This document shows, in pieces, positions 39,901-54,024 of a stretch of 64,000 nucleotides of DNA. Location of the stretch: NCBI GenBank assembly GCA_951406725.2, contig OX597818.1, positions 61,132,001-61,196,000 on the forward strand, in the 5' to 3' direction. How positions within the stretch are numbered: the first letter of the stretch is position 1; each line of letters starts with the position of its first letter. This DNA is from Octopus vulgaris. Lineage: Eukaryota. The notes beneath the pieces were generated by a model. The model ran no database searches. It was given only the letters and a program-made list of their open reading frames with translations, and had not been told where the DNA came from. The translations under genes and the position numbers were made by a program.

Positions 39901-40120
39901 GCTACTTCTGACGCCACCTCTATCAATACCTTTGACTTTTCCACCTTCCCCTCTATCACCATCACCACTGTTGTTCACATTGCTTATTCTCACCTCATCC
40001 CTGACCACCTTGGATACCACCATCATCACTGCCACATCCAACCTCTATCACAACTACAGTTCATACTATTACTATCACCCCATTACCATCAAAAAAAGGT
40101 CGAATGGTATGTGTATGGCA

Positions 40121-40353
40121 AAGGCAGTGAGCTGGCAGAAACGTTAGCATGCCGGGCGAAATGCTTAGTGGTATTTCGTCTGCCGTTACATTCTGAGTTC
40201 TAATTCCGCCGAGGTCAACTTTGCCTTTCATCCTTTCGGGGTCGATTAAATAAGTAGCAGTTACGCACTGGGGTCGATATAATCGACTTAATCCATTTGT
40301 CTGTCCTTGTTTGTCCCCTCTGTGTTTAGCCCCTTGTGGGTAGTAAAGAAATA
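40121..40353 (+). mobile_element. SINE family B monomer with 15-bp TSD
   Basis: TSD GGTATGTGTATGGCA at 40106-40120 and 40354-40368. Confidence 0.9.
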
Positions 40354-41900
40354 GGTATGTGTATGGCAGATGTGGTGGCGATGGTTGTAGTGTACTGTTG
40401 TTTATCATGCAGCTTTGCAATGAGTTCCAAGTCAACAAATTATATCATTGTTTTGATGAAAATTGTTCATTGCTTGAAAAATATTGATCAAGTTTAATAA
40501 AATCTAATATGTACTCAATGCATGAAGTATTATTGTTGGGCCCATAGCCTAATGAAGAGCTCTCCACAGGAGCTAGTAAGTTAATATAATCGTTCTATTA
40601 TAATAATTGAGATGAATTTATATCGTACATCAGTGTACTTTAACAAGCTAAATCGTAAGTAAAAATAGTTAAAATAAAACTAGTTGTCACTTCCAAGTCA
40701 GCAGGACTTGGTAACTACTTTTGCTGTTTTAGTTCTGTTGGTAGTAGGAAACAGACACTTTGCCTTGCCACTTTTGATCCAGCAGAACATCCAGGATGTA
40801 ACAAGTGGAGAGAGAGAAAGAACCCCCAGCTCTTGACTGATACTCATTTGCAAGACCATGCTCAAAGACACGAGGCACCACCTAGTTCAGGAGTTGACTC
40901 CATGACTTTATGATTGTGAGCCCAATACTCTTCTCATGTGGAAAATGGATTATAAAAGAAGAAAAATAATACCAAATTTGAAAAATAATAAAAGATGAAT
41001 GAAACATTCTTAAAGTTCTTATAAACTCAAGTTTATAGTCAAGCAGTAAACAAAGATATAAAAAAGACACTCGTTGACGCTACATCGAAGAGGCCAGGGA
41101 ACAGAAGAAAGGAGAAGAAAGAAGACATGCACCCAACACCAGAGTTGAAGACACCTCCAAAAGGATGGGCCCCCGCCATGCCAAAACGATAGAGGAGTAA
41201 GGGCCGAAACCGGACGTGGTTCCTCCTGATGATGTCTTGAGCTAACTGGATCCTATAAAGAAGCTGTTGTGGTAGCAGACCACGAAACACGGTTGAAATT
41301 CCTTTTCCCAAGATAATTAAAATAGTCAGCAAGGATATGTGCTTAAACTACCAAAGACCAGTACCAAAAATATAAAACCAATGGCTTATATTCTTTGTTG
41401 ACACTATAACTAGTGGCCCTGAGTTTTCGTAGACCTGTGATATTAAAAACCCCTCACTTGAAAGACAGATACAGATTGAATCCCAAGAAACCTTACTTGC
41501 TTTTCAAGCAAATGAAGAGCTTCTGGCCATAAAACTCTACCTCAGATAGCCCCCCCCCCCCATCTAACCTATGCTAATATGGAAAATGAAAGATTAAATG
41601 AATGGACAGATTATTAATTTAAGTTTGATAATTTATTGCATTTTGAGAATGTTTCTATATTCCATCGACACATACCATTTTGCTTTTCAAATATATTTCA
41701 AACAGATTAGCTAATGAGCTGTAAATGGGATTACTACAAAAGCCCATCGAAAGCGTGGTTAATATATATATATAAGATTAACGATATTATTATGCAAATG
41801 TAAAATCTTTAATAAGTGTTTTAAAATACGGTGGGTAGGTGCATGCATTTCTACACACGTACAGACATGTGTGTGTATGTAGATCATTGTATGCAGAAAT

Positions 41901-42603
41901 AAGGCAGTGAGCTGGCAGAATCGTTAGCACACCAGGCAAAACGCAGAGCAGCATTTTGCCTGACCTTACATTCTGAGTTCAAATTCTGCCGAGGTCTACT
42001 TTGCCTTTCATCCTTTTGGGGGCTTGATAAAATAAGTACAAGTTGAGTACTGGGGTCGATGTAATCAACTAGTCCCCTCCCCAAAAATTTCAGGCCTTGT
42101 GCCTACAGAAGAAAAGATTATTGTATACAGAAATCATATAGAAATATGTTTAGTTTTCAATTAGTGCAGGAGTGGCTGTGTGGTAAGTAGCTTGCTTACC
42201 AACCACATGGTTCTGGGTTCAGTTTCACTGTTTGGCACCTTGGGCAAGTGTCTTCTACTATAGCCTCGGGCTGACTAAAGCCTTGTGAGTGGATTTGGTA
42301 GACGGAAACTGAAAGAAGCCCGTTGTATATATGTGTGTGTGTGTGTATATATATATATATACGTGTGTGTGTGTATGTGTGTGTGCGTGCATGTTTGTGT
42401 GTCTGTGTTTGTCCCCCCAACATCGTTTGACAATTGATGCTGGTGTGTTTACTTCCCCATAACTTAGCAACTCTGCAAAAGAAGCCGATAGAATAAGTAC
42501 TAGGCTTACAAAGAATAAGTCCTGGGGTCGATTTGGTCGACTACAGGCGGTGCTCCAGGATGGCCACAGTCAAATGACTGAAACAAGTAAAAAAGTAAAA
42601 GAG
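41901..42603 (+). mobile_element. SINE-B variant (41901-42115) and SINE-A (42163-42603)
   Basis: Family-diagnostic motifs. Confidence 0.85.
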
Positions 42604-43956
42604 TATATTTCAACTTGCTGTGAAAGTATAACCCATGGATAAAACCACAGGAGTCAAAAGTGAAGATCATCCAATTAGTTTTGCCATTCTTAAAACTCAT
42701 TAAGAATATCCTCGATTTTTAATTGCTGAATTTATTCATAAGAAGGTATATTCTTTAGAAAGAGATCATTTCCATAAATTGCATAGGTACTGCTTCAGTA
42801 AATAACTGAAGATCAGAAACAGTGAAACACATCCAGAGTACAAATGGAAGAGACAGAAATAGCTTTTGAAAAGCATTCGTTATCTGAACTGACTGAAATA
42901 ATACATAGACATCAGAAATAAAGTGGTGCTGTCACGAACTGATCGTGTCTATCTTGCACATATTCTAGATACCAGAGCAGGTAAAACAAATTCAACAAGT
43001 CCTGATATCATTCCTCATTACACACACACACAGAGTCAACGACAGGTGACAGAATATGTGGCACATACAGGTGTCATATGGCTGTGTGAGAAGAGTTAAC
43101 CAGAGTTACTCAATAGCATCTCTACTTCATTACATGATAAGTTCTAAACTCACAAGTCAAAAATCAATAGAACAGCAAGTATAAAATCGAAGTGATACAG
43201 CAGAGGACTACATCTAGGGATACCTAAAGCTAGTAAGGCTAACTGTCAGTTTACAAGCATCTAAATTAAGTTCTGTAATAAAAGGCTGCATAATATATAA
43301 GACATCCAAAAGAATAAATACTCGAGTTCATGAAAATATAGGTATTGATAAAAGTAAAAGAGAAAAATCAAAGATAAATCTATTTAGAATTAGTGACAGA
43401 TTATCTATCTTGATTTGAATCTGTCTTGTCAAGTATTTTTTAATCATGGATGTAGCTTATCAGTTTTACTAATATTTTATTCTCTAATTGTTTCCAAACA
43501 ACTATATCACTGACTTAAAAAATAAATGCAAAAAAGGAAAAAATCTATAATGTAATTTGATTAAATCAGGAAATTTCTATGATAAATTAATAATAATAAA
43601 AAAAACGAAAAACTATTTTGTAAATGTCACAGAGTGGAGAAAGGCTTGGCTTGGTTTAACCCCCATCTGTAAAGACAATGAGGGAAAAAGAAAAAAATTT
43701 TTTTAAATACTGTTCTGATTTTTAATTTAGAAGTGCAGCAAACTGTCAGAGAAAGAGAGATTCTGCAACATGCTGTAAAATAGTAGCAGGCTAGTTTCCT
43801 GTAAATGTTAACGGAACAATAAGTAGTTGGCTGTGTATTACATAGAAATACTAGTGAAAAAGTCCCCTCCGGTTAAGATGTTGACAGAATTACAATAGAA
43901 ATAAAGTGTATAGTATAGCAGCAATTAAAAGCAGTAGATGGTATTAATAATTTCTT

Positions 43957-44559
43957 AAGGCGGCGAGCTGGCAGAAACGTTAGCACGCCTGGCGAAATGC
44001 CTAGCAGTATTTCGTCTGCCGCTACGTTCTGTGTTCAAATTCCACCGAGGTCGACTTTGCCTTTCATCCTTTCGGGGTCGATTAAATAAGTACCAGTTAC
44101 ACACTGGGGTCGATATAATCGACTTAATCCGTTTGTCTGTCCTTGTTTGTCCTCTCTGTGTTTAGCCCCTTGTGGGTAGTAAAGAAATAGGTATTTTGTC
44201 TACCGCTACGTTCTGAGTTCAAATTCCGCCGAGGTTGACTTTGCCTTTCATCCTTTCGGAGTCGATTAAATAAGTACCAGTTACGCACTGGGGTCGATAT
44301 AATCGACTTAATCCATTTATCTGTCCTTGTTTGTCCTCTCTGTGTTTAGCCCCTTGTGGGTAGTAAAGAAATAGGTATTTTGTCTGCCGCTTACGTTCTG
44401 AGTTCAAATTCCGCCGAGGTCGACTTTGCCTTTCATCCTTTCGGGGTTGATTAAATAAGTACCAGTTACGCACTGGGGGTCGATATAATCGACTTAATCC
44501 CTTTGTCTGTCCTTGTTTATCCTCTCTGTATTTAGCCCCTTGTGGGTAGTAAAGAAATA
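43957..44559 (+). mobile_element. SINE family B trimer (one head plus three ~185-bp bodies) with 16-bp TSD
   Basis: Junctions AAAGAAATA|GGTATTT at 44190 and 44374. TSD GGTATTAATAATTTCT at 43940-43955 and 44560-44575. Confidence 0.92.
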
Positions 44560-45343
44560 GGTATTAATAATTTCTAATGATTATTTTTACCTCTGTCCCC
44601 TTTGAAAAGCTTCAATCAGTGTGGCCATGTCAAGCATCACTGCTACCATCATCATTGTTATTATTTAATGTCCATGTTCCATACTGTCATGGGTTGGATA
44701 GTTTAATAGGATCCAGTGGACCCAAGGACTGCATTGCACCCCAGTGTCTGCTTTGATGTGGTTTCTATGGCTAGACACCTTTCATAATGCCAACTGCTTT
44801 TCAGTATATATCGGGTGCTTTTCTTTTTCTTCATACCACCGGCACTAGTGGGGTCACCATGCATCTTGCAAGTCTAAAAACTCCTGAGGGGGAAGCTTTA
44901 TGCTAGGAGATGATAGGTAAAAGTATGGGAGAAGAGGCTAGCGCAGAACAGTTCCTTGCTGCGGAGGTGCTATACAATTCACATTTTAGAAGGAAAAATA
45001 AGAGTGACCAGGTGGAGCAGGAAAGAGATAAAAATAGTAGTGATGAAGTGTTAGGATGAACTCTCAAGGTACAAGATCATTAGAAATGAGTGGAGACAGA
45101 GAGAGAGAGAGAGACTTGGAATGTGGGTTAGTAAGGTTGCAAGAGGGTATGGGTGAGTGAGAAATGGGAGGAATGGATGAAGGAGGGAAATAAGGCAACC
45201 GTTGTAAGAATTAGGTAGGACTGAAGGACAGAAATATAGAAGATGACCTACAATGCATGAGTAAAAGGGACAAAGAATTTTTGATGACATAGCGGATGGT
45301 GTACATTTTGATGAACAGAATGTTTGTCTGTGTCTGTATGTAT

Positions 45344-45513
45344 AGATGCAGGAGTGGCTGTGTGGTAAGTAGCTTGCTTACCAACCACATGGTTCTGGGT
45401 TCAGTCTGACTGCGTGGCACCTTGGGCAAGTGTCTTCTACTATAGCCTCGGGCTAACCAAAACCTTGTGAGTGGGTTTGGTAGATGGAAACTGAAAGAAG
45501 CCTGTCATATATA

Positions 45514-45547
<34 letters not shown>

Positions 45548-45826
45548 GGTGCCCCAGCATGGCCACAGCTCATTAGCTGAAACTGGAAATATCAAAATCA
45601 AAATCAAAATCATATATGTGTGTGTGTGTGTGTGTGCGTGTGCGCTTGACATCCGATGCTGGTGTGTTTACGTCCCTGTAACTTAGCAGTTTGGCAAAAG
45701 AGACCAATAGAATAAGTACTAGGCCTACAAAGAATAAGTCCTGGGGTCGATTTGCTCGACTAAAAGCAGTGCTCCAGCATGGCCCGCAGTCAAATGACTG
45801 AAACAAGTAAAAGAGAGAGTAAAGAG
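45344..45826 (+). mobile_element. SINE family A with a nested related tail fragment ending (ATCAAA)n at 45545-45611
   Basis: GGCGGTGCCCCAGCATGGCCACAGCTCATTAGCTGAAACTGGAAATATCAAAATCAAAATC is inserted in the internal AT tract. Confidence 0.85.
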
Positions 45827-46164
45827 TGTATACTTGCAAGAGTATATTATACACGCATGTATATATACACATTAATACAAAGCAATACTCAGAGCTGCAA
45901 CGGTAAAGCTCCAGTTTAACATTACTCAACACATTCTGTTTGAGTACTTATTTCTCATGTATTGTATATATAAACATGTATTCATTCACTCATTAGGTGA
46001 GATTAGATCCCCATCCGTTCTGATGATGAGTATTAAGTTGTTTGATCAACTGGATTACCTGTTCATTGAATGAATTAGTGTAAAAATGGTTTAGTAATCC
46101 ACTGACATGTAATTCTCAGGGAGATTCAGTGTGACACAGAATATGACAAGGCTGTGCTTTTAAA

Positions 46165-46552
46165 TCTCTTTATGTATAAAGCTGAAGTTATCTGTGTATG
46201 GCAGGTTTGGTAGCCTTCAACTAACATTGTCTCCTCCAAGACCCTGTGGTGCAAGTTGACCAAAATTGAGAGTATGATAGAAGACCTGCTCTTCCTTCCA
46301 TAAAAGAAAAAAATTCAAATCAGACCATGTTAACACCAAAAATTATTTACATCAAAAAGGTGCTTTTTTTCTATGAAAATCCCTATTTTTTACGATTTTT
46401 TACTGCTGTGTCGCCATTTTTCGGTGCATTTCAACCAGAAAAATGTTCACTTTAAGAGAATAACAAGCTACATAATGCAAAATTTTACTTTTCAAAAATT
46501 CCAATTCTAAAGGGTCGAAACAAACCCAAGCAATGCCAGGCGATACTGCTAG
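46165..46552 (+). mobile_element. Non-autonomous Helitron-like element (copy of 17958-18345)
   Basis: A|TCTCTTTATGTATAAAGCTGAAG..GATACTGCTAG|T. Confidence 0.75.
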
Positions 46553-47768
46553 TTACATAGACAATCCATCCAGTACCATCCACATAAATTTCTTTTGCTC
46601 AAAAGGCTTGGGTGGAACAGAGGATGCAATAAAAGACACTTGAGCAAGGTGCCATCCAATGGGATTGAACCAGGTGTTTTGTGATTATAAAACTAACTTC
46701 AAAACTATTCACCATATTGCATTCATTCTTTCTACACAAACAATATAAGAATTCTTCTGAATTCTTTGAACTATCATCAGAGAACAAACCATTTTAAACA
46801 GAAATGGAATGAAAAAGAAAACAAGCAGAATCGTGCATGAAAGTTATTAAAGATATTGCTTAAGAAGAGAGGAAAACAACGGAAAATATTTATTGGACTA
46901 TCAATCGCTGTTGTATATAACTGCAAGCATCGCACCTAAGCAACACCCGGGTAATACCTGTATTACATGAAGTAACAATGAAATTACCAAATGTAAATCC
47001 TTCTGGTGGGCAACAAAACAAAAACTTTGGGGGGTTCGGAAGAGATATTCTATAGAATGTTCCATAGAAACAGCTATTTAGATACAATCATAAAAATAAG
47101 ATTGTTTGGTTTTATTTTCAAATATATTTTATTAATTAGTGGCTGTCCACAACGAACATTTTTGCAAATCCTCAACGAGATCAATATATTGTTGTTCTGT
47201 GAATGATGTATGGTAGGAAAGCGATGCAGAGAGAATGAGTTGAAGAGGGTGGCAGATCCGAAATGTAATGATTGGATGAAGTTGTTAATCAGCATCATCA
47301 TCGTTTAACGTCCTCTTTCCATGCTAGCATGGGTTGGATGGTTTGACTGAGGGCTGGTGAACCAGATGGCTGCACCAGGCTCCAATCTGACCTGGCAGAG
47401 TTTCTACATCTGGATGCCCTTCCTAATGCCAACCACTCTGAGAGTGTAGTGGGTGCTTTTACGTGCCACCGGCACGAGGGCCAGTCTGGTGGTAATGTAG
47501 GGTGATAAACAGTGAGGAAAAGAGAAATAGGTGCCTTCGGTGAACAGGAGCTGAGATAGTATTTAACATGTTAGGTTAGAAATGGAGAGACTACAACAGT
47601 GGAGGAAGAAGACCTTTAGAAAGAAACAGTGAAACTTGTGCCCATGATTGTAGAATGTTGGTGAGTGGAAAGGCCTTCATTTGGATAATTGCTAGGATGT
47701 TTTGTTTGTGCATGAGTAGTCCCACCGTCTTGTATCTCTGAACAGAACCTCAAAGTGGGTCTTGCTTA

Positions 47769-48220
47769 AACTTTGTAAATGGTTTAATAATTTATCAGAG
47801 CTGAAGTATTTTCTCAACCTGGAGAGTTTTATAAGATATTTTGTCTATGACATATATATATATATATATTGAGATTATGTTGTCTATTAACTTTTTATAC
47901 ATGCTAGGCCACTGGTGGTGAAATTTCTAATAATATTCGCCACCCTATATATTTTATGTATTTTTTTTTTTTTCAAATTTTATTCCCCCCTTTTTTTTGT
48001 CCTCTTTCTTTCCCTTTACGATCCCTTGATCGAAAACCAACCCCCCTTTTTTTACTCCCAAAAGAAAAGCTCTACTTTGTAATTTGTCCTGTCTGTGTGC
48101 AGCCCTGTGTGGCTAATAAAGAAACATATATATATATATGTCGTAGACAGAATATCCTATAAACTATCCAGGTTGAGAAAATACTTCAGCTCTGATAAAT
48201 TATTTACTATTTACAAAGTT
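47769..48220. repeat. ~90-bp inverted repeat arms enclosing a LINE-3'-end-like insert
   Basis: 47769-47860 AACTTTGTAAAT..GAGCTGAAGTATTTTCTCAACCTGGA..GTCTATGACATATA pairs with 48130-48220. The spacer is pyrimidine-rich and ends GGCTAATAAAGAAAC. Confidence 0.85.
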
Positions 48221-48222
48221 AG

Positions 48223-48253
<31 letters not shown>

Positions 48254-48355
48254 TGCATTAATATTATAAAGAATATAAATAAAACATAAAAAGACAGACA
48301 GAGTTGGAATTCCTTTGAATAATATATATCCCTCTATACACAATCATACAAACCT

Positions 48356-48396
<41 letters not shown>

Positions 48397-51079
48397 CAGC
48401 ATTATTCATACACACGCATGAGGCGATCAGAGATAATGAATCTACAATTTGTACATACTTTCACAACTTACATTATAAGCTGTTTATGTGTGATTTAAGC
48501 CAGACATAACAACCCTAATAACCATCACCATCATAGTTATTCTCATAATCACATTGCCACCATCATTATGCTTTTATGTTCACAATTCCATGGTTCTCTC
48601 CAACATAGTGTCTCACTGTTTCTTACAGTCTTTTGTAATTTCCTTCATGAAGTCAACATCCATGATATAAGCCCTCCTCACATCTTCCTCTTCCACAAAT
48701 TCTGTTTTGATTGCTTGGTATTTCACTCAGTTTACACCCTTCTCATACATCATATATCATCAGCAATGAAGTTTCCTCTTTTATAAACCTGATATTTCTT
48801 ATAAGCCAGTTTTTCCTCCGCTTTAACAAAGCTCACTTATTCATACAGCCAGCATTATCCACCCAGTGGAACCTGTTCATCTCCTTTCTAACCAATCTTC
48901 ACTTTCAAAGTCCAGGTTTCACTTCTCCAGAACATCACACTTTGCCTTCTTACAGCACAACTCAATGCTGCAACTCTCATCTCATCAGGAGAAAAAAAAT
49001 GCTAATACAAGAATCATAGCAACTGGCAATATTATAAAAAGGAAAACATCATGCATGTGTCAGTTAAACACACACACACGTGCGCATGCACATGCACACA
49101 CACACACACAAACACAAGCGTGCACACACAAACGATGGACTTCAGTACAGTTTTCATCAATCAAATTAATGTAAGAAGTTTCAGTTGGCCTGAGTTTAAG
49201 GTTGAAGACATTTGCTGAAGATGCCCCAGCCTGCGGTTGAACCCCAAACCAGAGAGTTACTGAGCTATATGGCTAACCAAACAATAAAACAAGAACATAT
49301 TTCACATGTAGCTATATAATCGCATAAAAACCTAACATGCAATTATGTGTACATGTAAATATAAATCATTCTTTTAAACAAATATTAAAAGTTATTTAAT
49401 GTAGAGAAGTACAATTTTATTGAAAATATTTCCCTCATCGATGCAAAGAACATGAATAGAAAACTCCAGCTGTGTCTATAACTAAGGGCCAATTCTCTGC
49501 CTGCTGTTTCCCTGGAAGAGTTTTAATGATTACCAGATACTTTGATGAGGGTAGAAAAAAATTCAACTTAAAATTCTTTTTGCTCCACTCACTACATAGA
49601 TTGCTAGTTGTTGATTATTTATCCTGTTGGAGACTGACATCGCATTTGAGGCTCATCTGAAAAGCACCTCATGTGACACCCTTGTCATTTTCTTTCACTG
49701 TGATTTTATTCAACTGTGCCAGTATCAAATGAAATTCTTGTATTTGAACTTTATAGCTTCGAGTAAATGCATTTCTTTGAAAAGCATCAAATACCTGTGC
49801 AGTGAAGTTTGATTTTATTTAATTCATTTCTTTTAAAGAGTTTTCAATACAGACTTTATGCAGAAAAGTAGAGAAAGAAGAAATTCTTTCCACACCAAAT
49901 CTAAAATATTCAACTATTTTACTCACGTTAGTGTGTTTATTATAAAAATTTTATTTAATGGAGTTTTAGTTCTGGAATTACCAAACAAACAGAATTCATG
50001 TGAGCTAAGAATTCAAAGAACAATAATGATAACAACATGAATACATAACTATCACAAAGTCAGTAATTGTTTCAATGGTTGAATTGGCCAGGCATCATAC
50101 TTTTATTCTAAACAGTAAATTCAATTTTCTCACACAGATAGGCATCAAAGTCATTGTTGGTTAATTTGTGTGTTCTTGTAGAAAATTAGATCAAAGTATA
50201 AGTAAAGAGTGCGGAAACCCATATTACACTGAGCGTATGTGATCAAAACTGGCAGCTACATTTTAACAGGAAAGGACAGAGCTGAGATTTAATGAATTTA
50301 CAATAGTGTAAACGTTAATCTCCGTAGAGTTTGGAAAATATATGGAGTATGTTTAGGGCAGTAAAGTGAAGTAATGAGAAATTTTCATTGATTATCTATC
50401 AAGTAAATATACTTAGAGGTTTTTGTTGACAAATAAAATAAACAAACAACTAGTCAAAGATCACACTATCTTAATGTGTTTTGTAAACCAAATAAACATT
50501 GCCTGGAACTATTCCTAAAACTTTACCAAAAATGTTGATGTTCAGTTAAGTTTTTCGAATTACATTTGCGTTGATGATAGATCTTTTTATAGCTATTTTA
50601 TCCTGCTCTCGGCCACATTGCAAACAGCAGCACACACAGAATTTCAAACAGAATATGGAATAAGAGATGGCTTATACAAATTGTTAGAGGAAAAAAAACA
50701 AAAAAAAACAACTGATGTAGAACAAAATTATCTATTATGTCAACAATTTTCAGCATCCTGATAGTATAGTCACCATCCACAACCTGAAAACACAATGTAC
50801 CTAATCGTTGTTGTTGTTGCTGTTTAGCTCCCAGGTCATCTCAGATGGAATAGATAGATCTATGAGCAAAAGTATTCCAGTCATGAACATTGCATTTTTT
50901 TGTCGATGTGCAGAAAACCCAGCAACACAGTATTTAATGCATTCTTAAATAGTGGGGTTTGGTTGTGATTTCTAGCAGGTCAGGCAAAATTACGGTGAGA
51001 TTCCCTTGTTGGCTTAAACATTCAAAAATGTTCGTTAATCAGAATGTTTTGCGATCATTCGTTACTAGTAACATAACTG

Positions 51080-51253
51080 TCACTTATAAACCCGCAGTGG
51101 GTTTATTTACATTTCTGAAGAAAAAAGATACCCTTCCCCCCACTCCTAACCTTAACCCTAACCTCACATATATATAAAAAAAATTAAAATTTTACGGAAA
51201 GGGACGATCTTCTTCTTCAAATGTAAACAAATACACGTGAGGTAAATGTGACT
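51080..51253. repeat. Degenerate MITE-like inverted repeat with a CCTAACC-type central motif
   Basis: GTCAC..TTTACATTTCTGAAGAAAAAAGATACCCTTCC pairs with GGAAAGGGACGATCTTCTTCTTCAAATGTAAA..GTGAC; centre CCTAACCTTAACCCTAACC. Confidence 0.55.
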
Positions 51254-52406
51254 AATATCGAAAGAATGCCGAATGCTCTAGACAGTACATCTGTTCAACT
51301 ATTCTGATACTGTCTTAAGTCACATACACACACAGAACACTGGCTGGGAATTTATCCCAATAACTGCAATTTCACTATTGCAGCCCTAAGTATTGCTTTG
51401 CACTCATATACTCTTGCAAGTATACATACATACACACACACACACACAAACATTCTGATAATCAAAAATGTTTCGGCATCTACTATGTTGTCATTTTCAT
51501 CCCTGTGTCACAATCAGAAATCTGTATATGTTCAAGTTAAGTTGTAGGAGTTAAGTTTAGGAGATCTTGCAAAATTCATCGCAAGAACTTGCTGATATCC
51601 CCCAGCTCAATACTAAATACATACACAGTAAATTAAATGTGCTCACTTTTAAAGTATTAAAAAAATGGAAAATATGCCAAATTTAGTATTTACTTTGATG
51701 CCATCAGATTCAAATGAAAACAGTTTTAGCAAACAACAGAAATTTCAGTTTTTAAATTTTCAATTCTAAGTCCTGCATAGAAACCATACGAATGCTACTA
51801 TTAATCACATGCCAAATAGCCTAACAGAGGAAGTAGAGAAAAATAAAGAAGCTAACAAAAAAAATATTAAACAGTTATTATCAACCATAAACTTAAAGCT
51901 TAAATTGATTATTGATGTCTTGTACTTCCATCAATTGAAGAAATAAAATACTTCTAGAAACATACAAATATTGTTACAATCACGTGCCTAAGGCTGTTTT
52001 GAAATGGCACATTTAATGCATATGGTGTAGCATACAATAAATAAATATGTTTTGTAATTTGACACCAAAATAGATGTTAAAAAGCATATTTTTAGCTTAA
52101 AATTAAATGCATTAGATTGGGCAGCAATTGAAAAATTAAGTTAAATTTTTCATATATGAAATTGCTAAGTATTATGAATTATTCTGTTGCCACACTTGAG
52201 ACATAAGCATAATTCCATACGTGGTAATAATTCCTTGTCCTTGTTTTATGAAGAAATAACTCAACACATCTCTGATAGGTTTATTTAAAAATACTGACAT
52301 TGGAGAACCCAGTATATAACATTAAAAATGCTCTTAATTTTGTAGCAATTACTCTTTCAAATCAACTGACTTGAGAAAATACAAACTATATTATTACAGG
52401 CAAATA

Positions 52407-52953
52407 CGGCGAGCTGGCAGAAACGTAAGCACACCGGGCGAAATGTGTAGCCGTATTTCGTCTGCCGTTACTTTCTGAGTTCGAATTCCGCTGAGGTCGA
52501 CTTTGCCTTTCATCTTTTCGGGGTCGATAAATTAAGTACCAGTTATGCACTGGTGTCGATATAATTGACTTAATCTGTTTGTCTGTGTTTAGCCCCCTTG
52601 TGGGTAGTAAAGAAATATATATTTTTACAGGCATGGTTGTGAACAAAACATTTGAGTGAGGTTGCGCCAGTGCCACTGGACTGACTCCTGTGCCACTGGA
52701 CTGACTCCTGTGCAGGTGGCACGTAAAAAAACACCATTTCGAGCGAGGCCGTTGCCAGTACCGCCAGACTGGCCCTCGTGCCGGTGGCACGTAAAAGCAC
52801 CCACTACACTCTCAGAGTGGTTGACGTTAGGAAGGGCAGCCAGCTGTAGAAACTCTGCCAGATCAGATTGGATCCTGGTTCGCCAGTCCTCAGTCAAATC
52901 GTCCAACCCATGCTAGCATGGAAAGCAGACGTTAAATGATGACGATGATGATG
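52407..52953 (+). mobile_element. SINE-B (52407-52617) and family-C RTE-tail repeat (52650-52953)
   Basis: Family motifs; SINE-B is flanked by TATATT(A/T)TTACAGGCA. Confidence 0.85.
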
Positions 52954-54024
52954 GTTGCGCAATCAATCAATCCACTTCATAACCACGAGTTCATTGCCTG
53001 CCATTTTGATATGCTTCTTTTGTACAAGCATAGGATCAACCAAAACCTCTTAAGAAAGAAATTATGAGGAAGCCTACTGTACACACACGTGCGTGTATAA
53101 ATCATTAAGGTGGCTACTCGCAGTTTACAACCAAAAGGCACATGTATAGTCGTCACTAAAGTGACCAAGAGTTCTAGACAGCACCAGCATTGCTAGAAAT
53201 AAGAGTCAAAACAACCCTTAGCCATGCGAGATCACTTTCCTACTGACTGACAACGGAGATAAACTCCCCGTGGCAAGTGAGATGGGGTCATATGATCAGA
53301 TGATTTCAAATTTGATTAACCTTCATCAATGACCCATTACACCGTCGCCAAGGGTTAAAAACTTAACTCACCTTTTCAGTCCTGATTCCGAAAATGGTGA
53401 AGTAAGGATTATAAAAATCTGTGTGTGTGTGGATGTGTGTGTGTGGATGTGTGTTTATGTGTGAGTGTGTGTGTGTGTGTGTGTGCAAACTAATGAATTT
53501 TACATGTAATAGTTATTTCTCTAAAAATCTTGATTTTAATGCATGCATAATACAATTTCAGAGATTAATTAAACATTATGCAATTCTCATGTTCATCAGG
53601 TAACATTTAAAACAGTGAAATAACGACTTGTTGAGTAATTTTTTGATTCTCAGACAAGTGGAGTTAGAATCACAGACACTGATTTATGAAACATACGAAG
53701 TGGGTGTGTCACGAAACCGACAATTAAGAATAGTATAGAACAGGAAAGGAAGGAATTGTAATTCCCAGTTATAGACCTTAAAGTAAAAGAAAGCCACAGA
53801 GGTGTATTTACAATCAATGAAAAACAAACAAAAGGCACCAAGAATCACATTAACATTTTTAGACATTATTAGAGCAGACATTCATAATGGCTCCTAAAAG
53901 CCATTTATCTCTTCATTTCATTTCCTCTTTATACGTACACGCATATACCTACGCACACACACAGATGATGTGCATGAGAATTACATAATTCATTGCATAA
54001 CCCATAAAATTGTATTAGGATTGA

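Noticed and set aside
41200-41300. CTGATGA ... GAAAC hammerhead-like spacing in a GC-richer island
   Set aside because: No convincing stem I or stem III with a UH triplet could be built.
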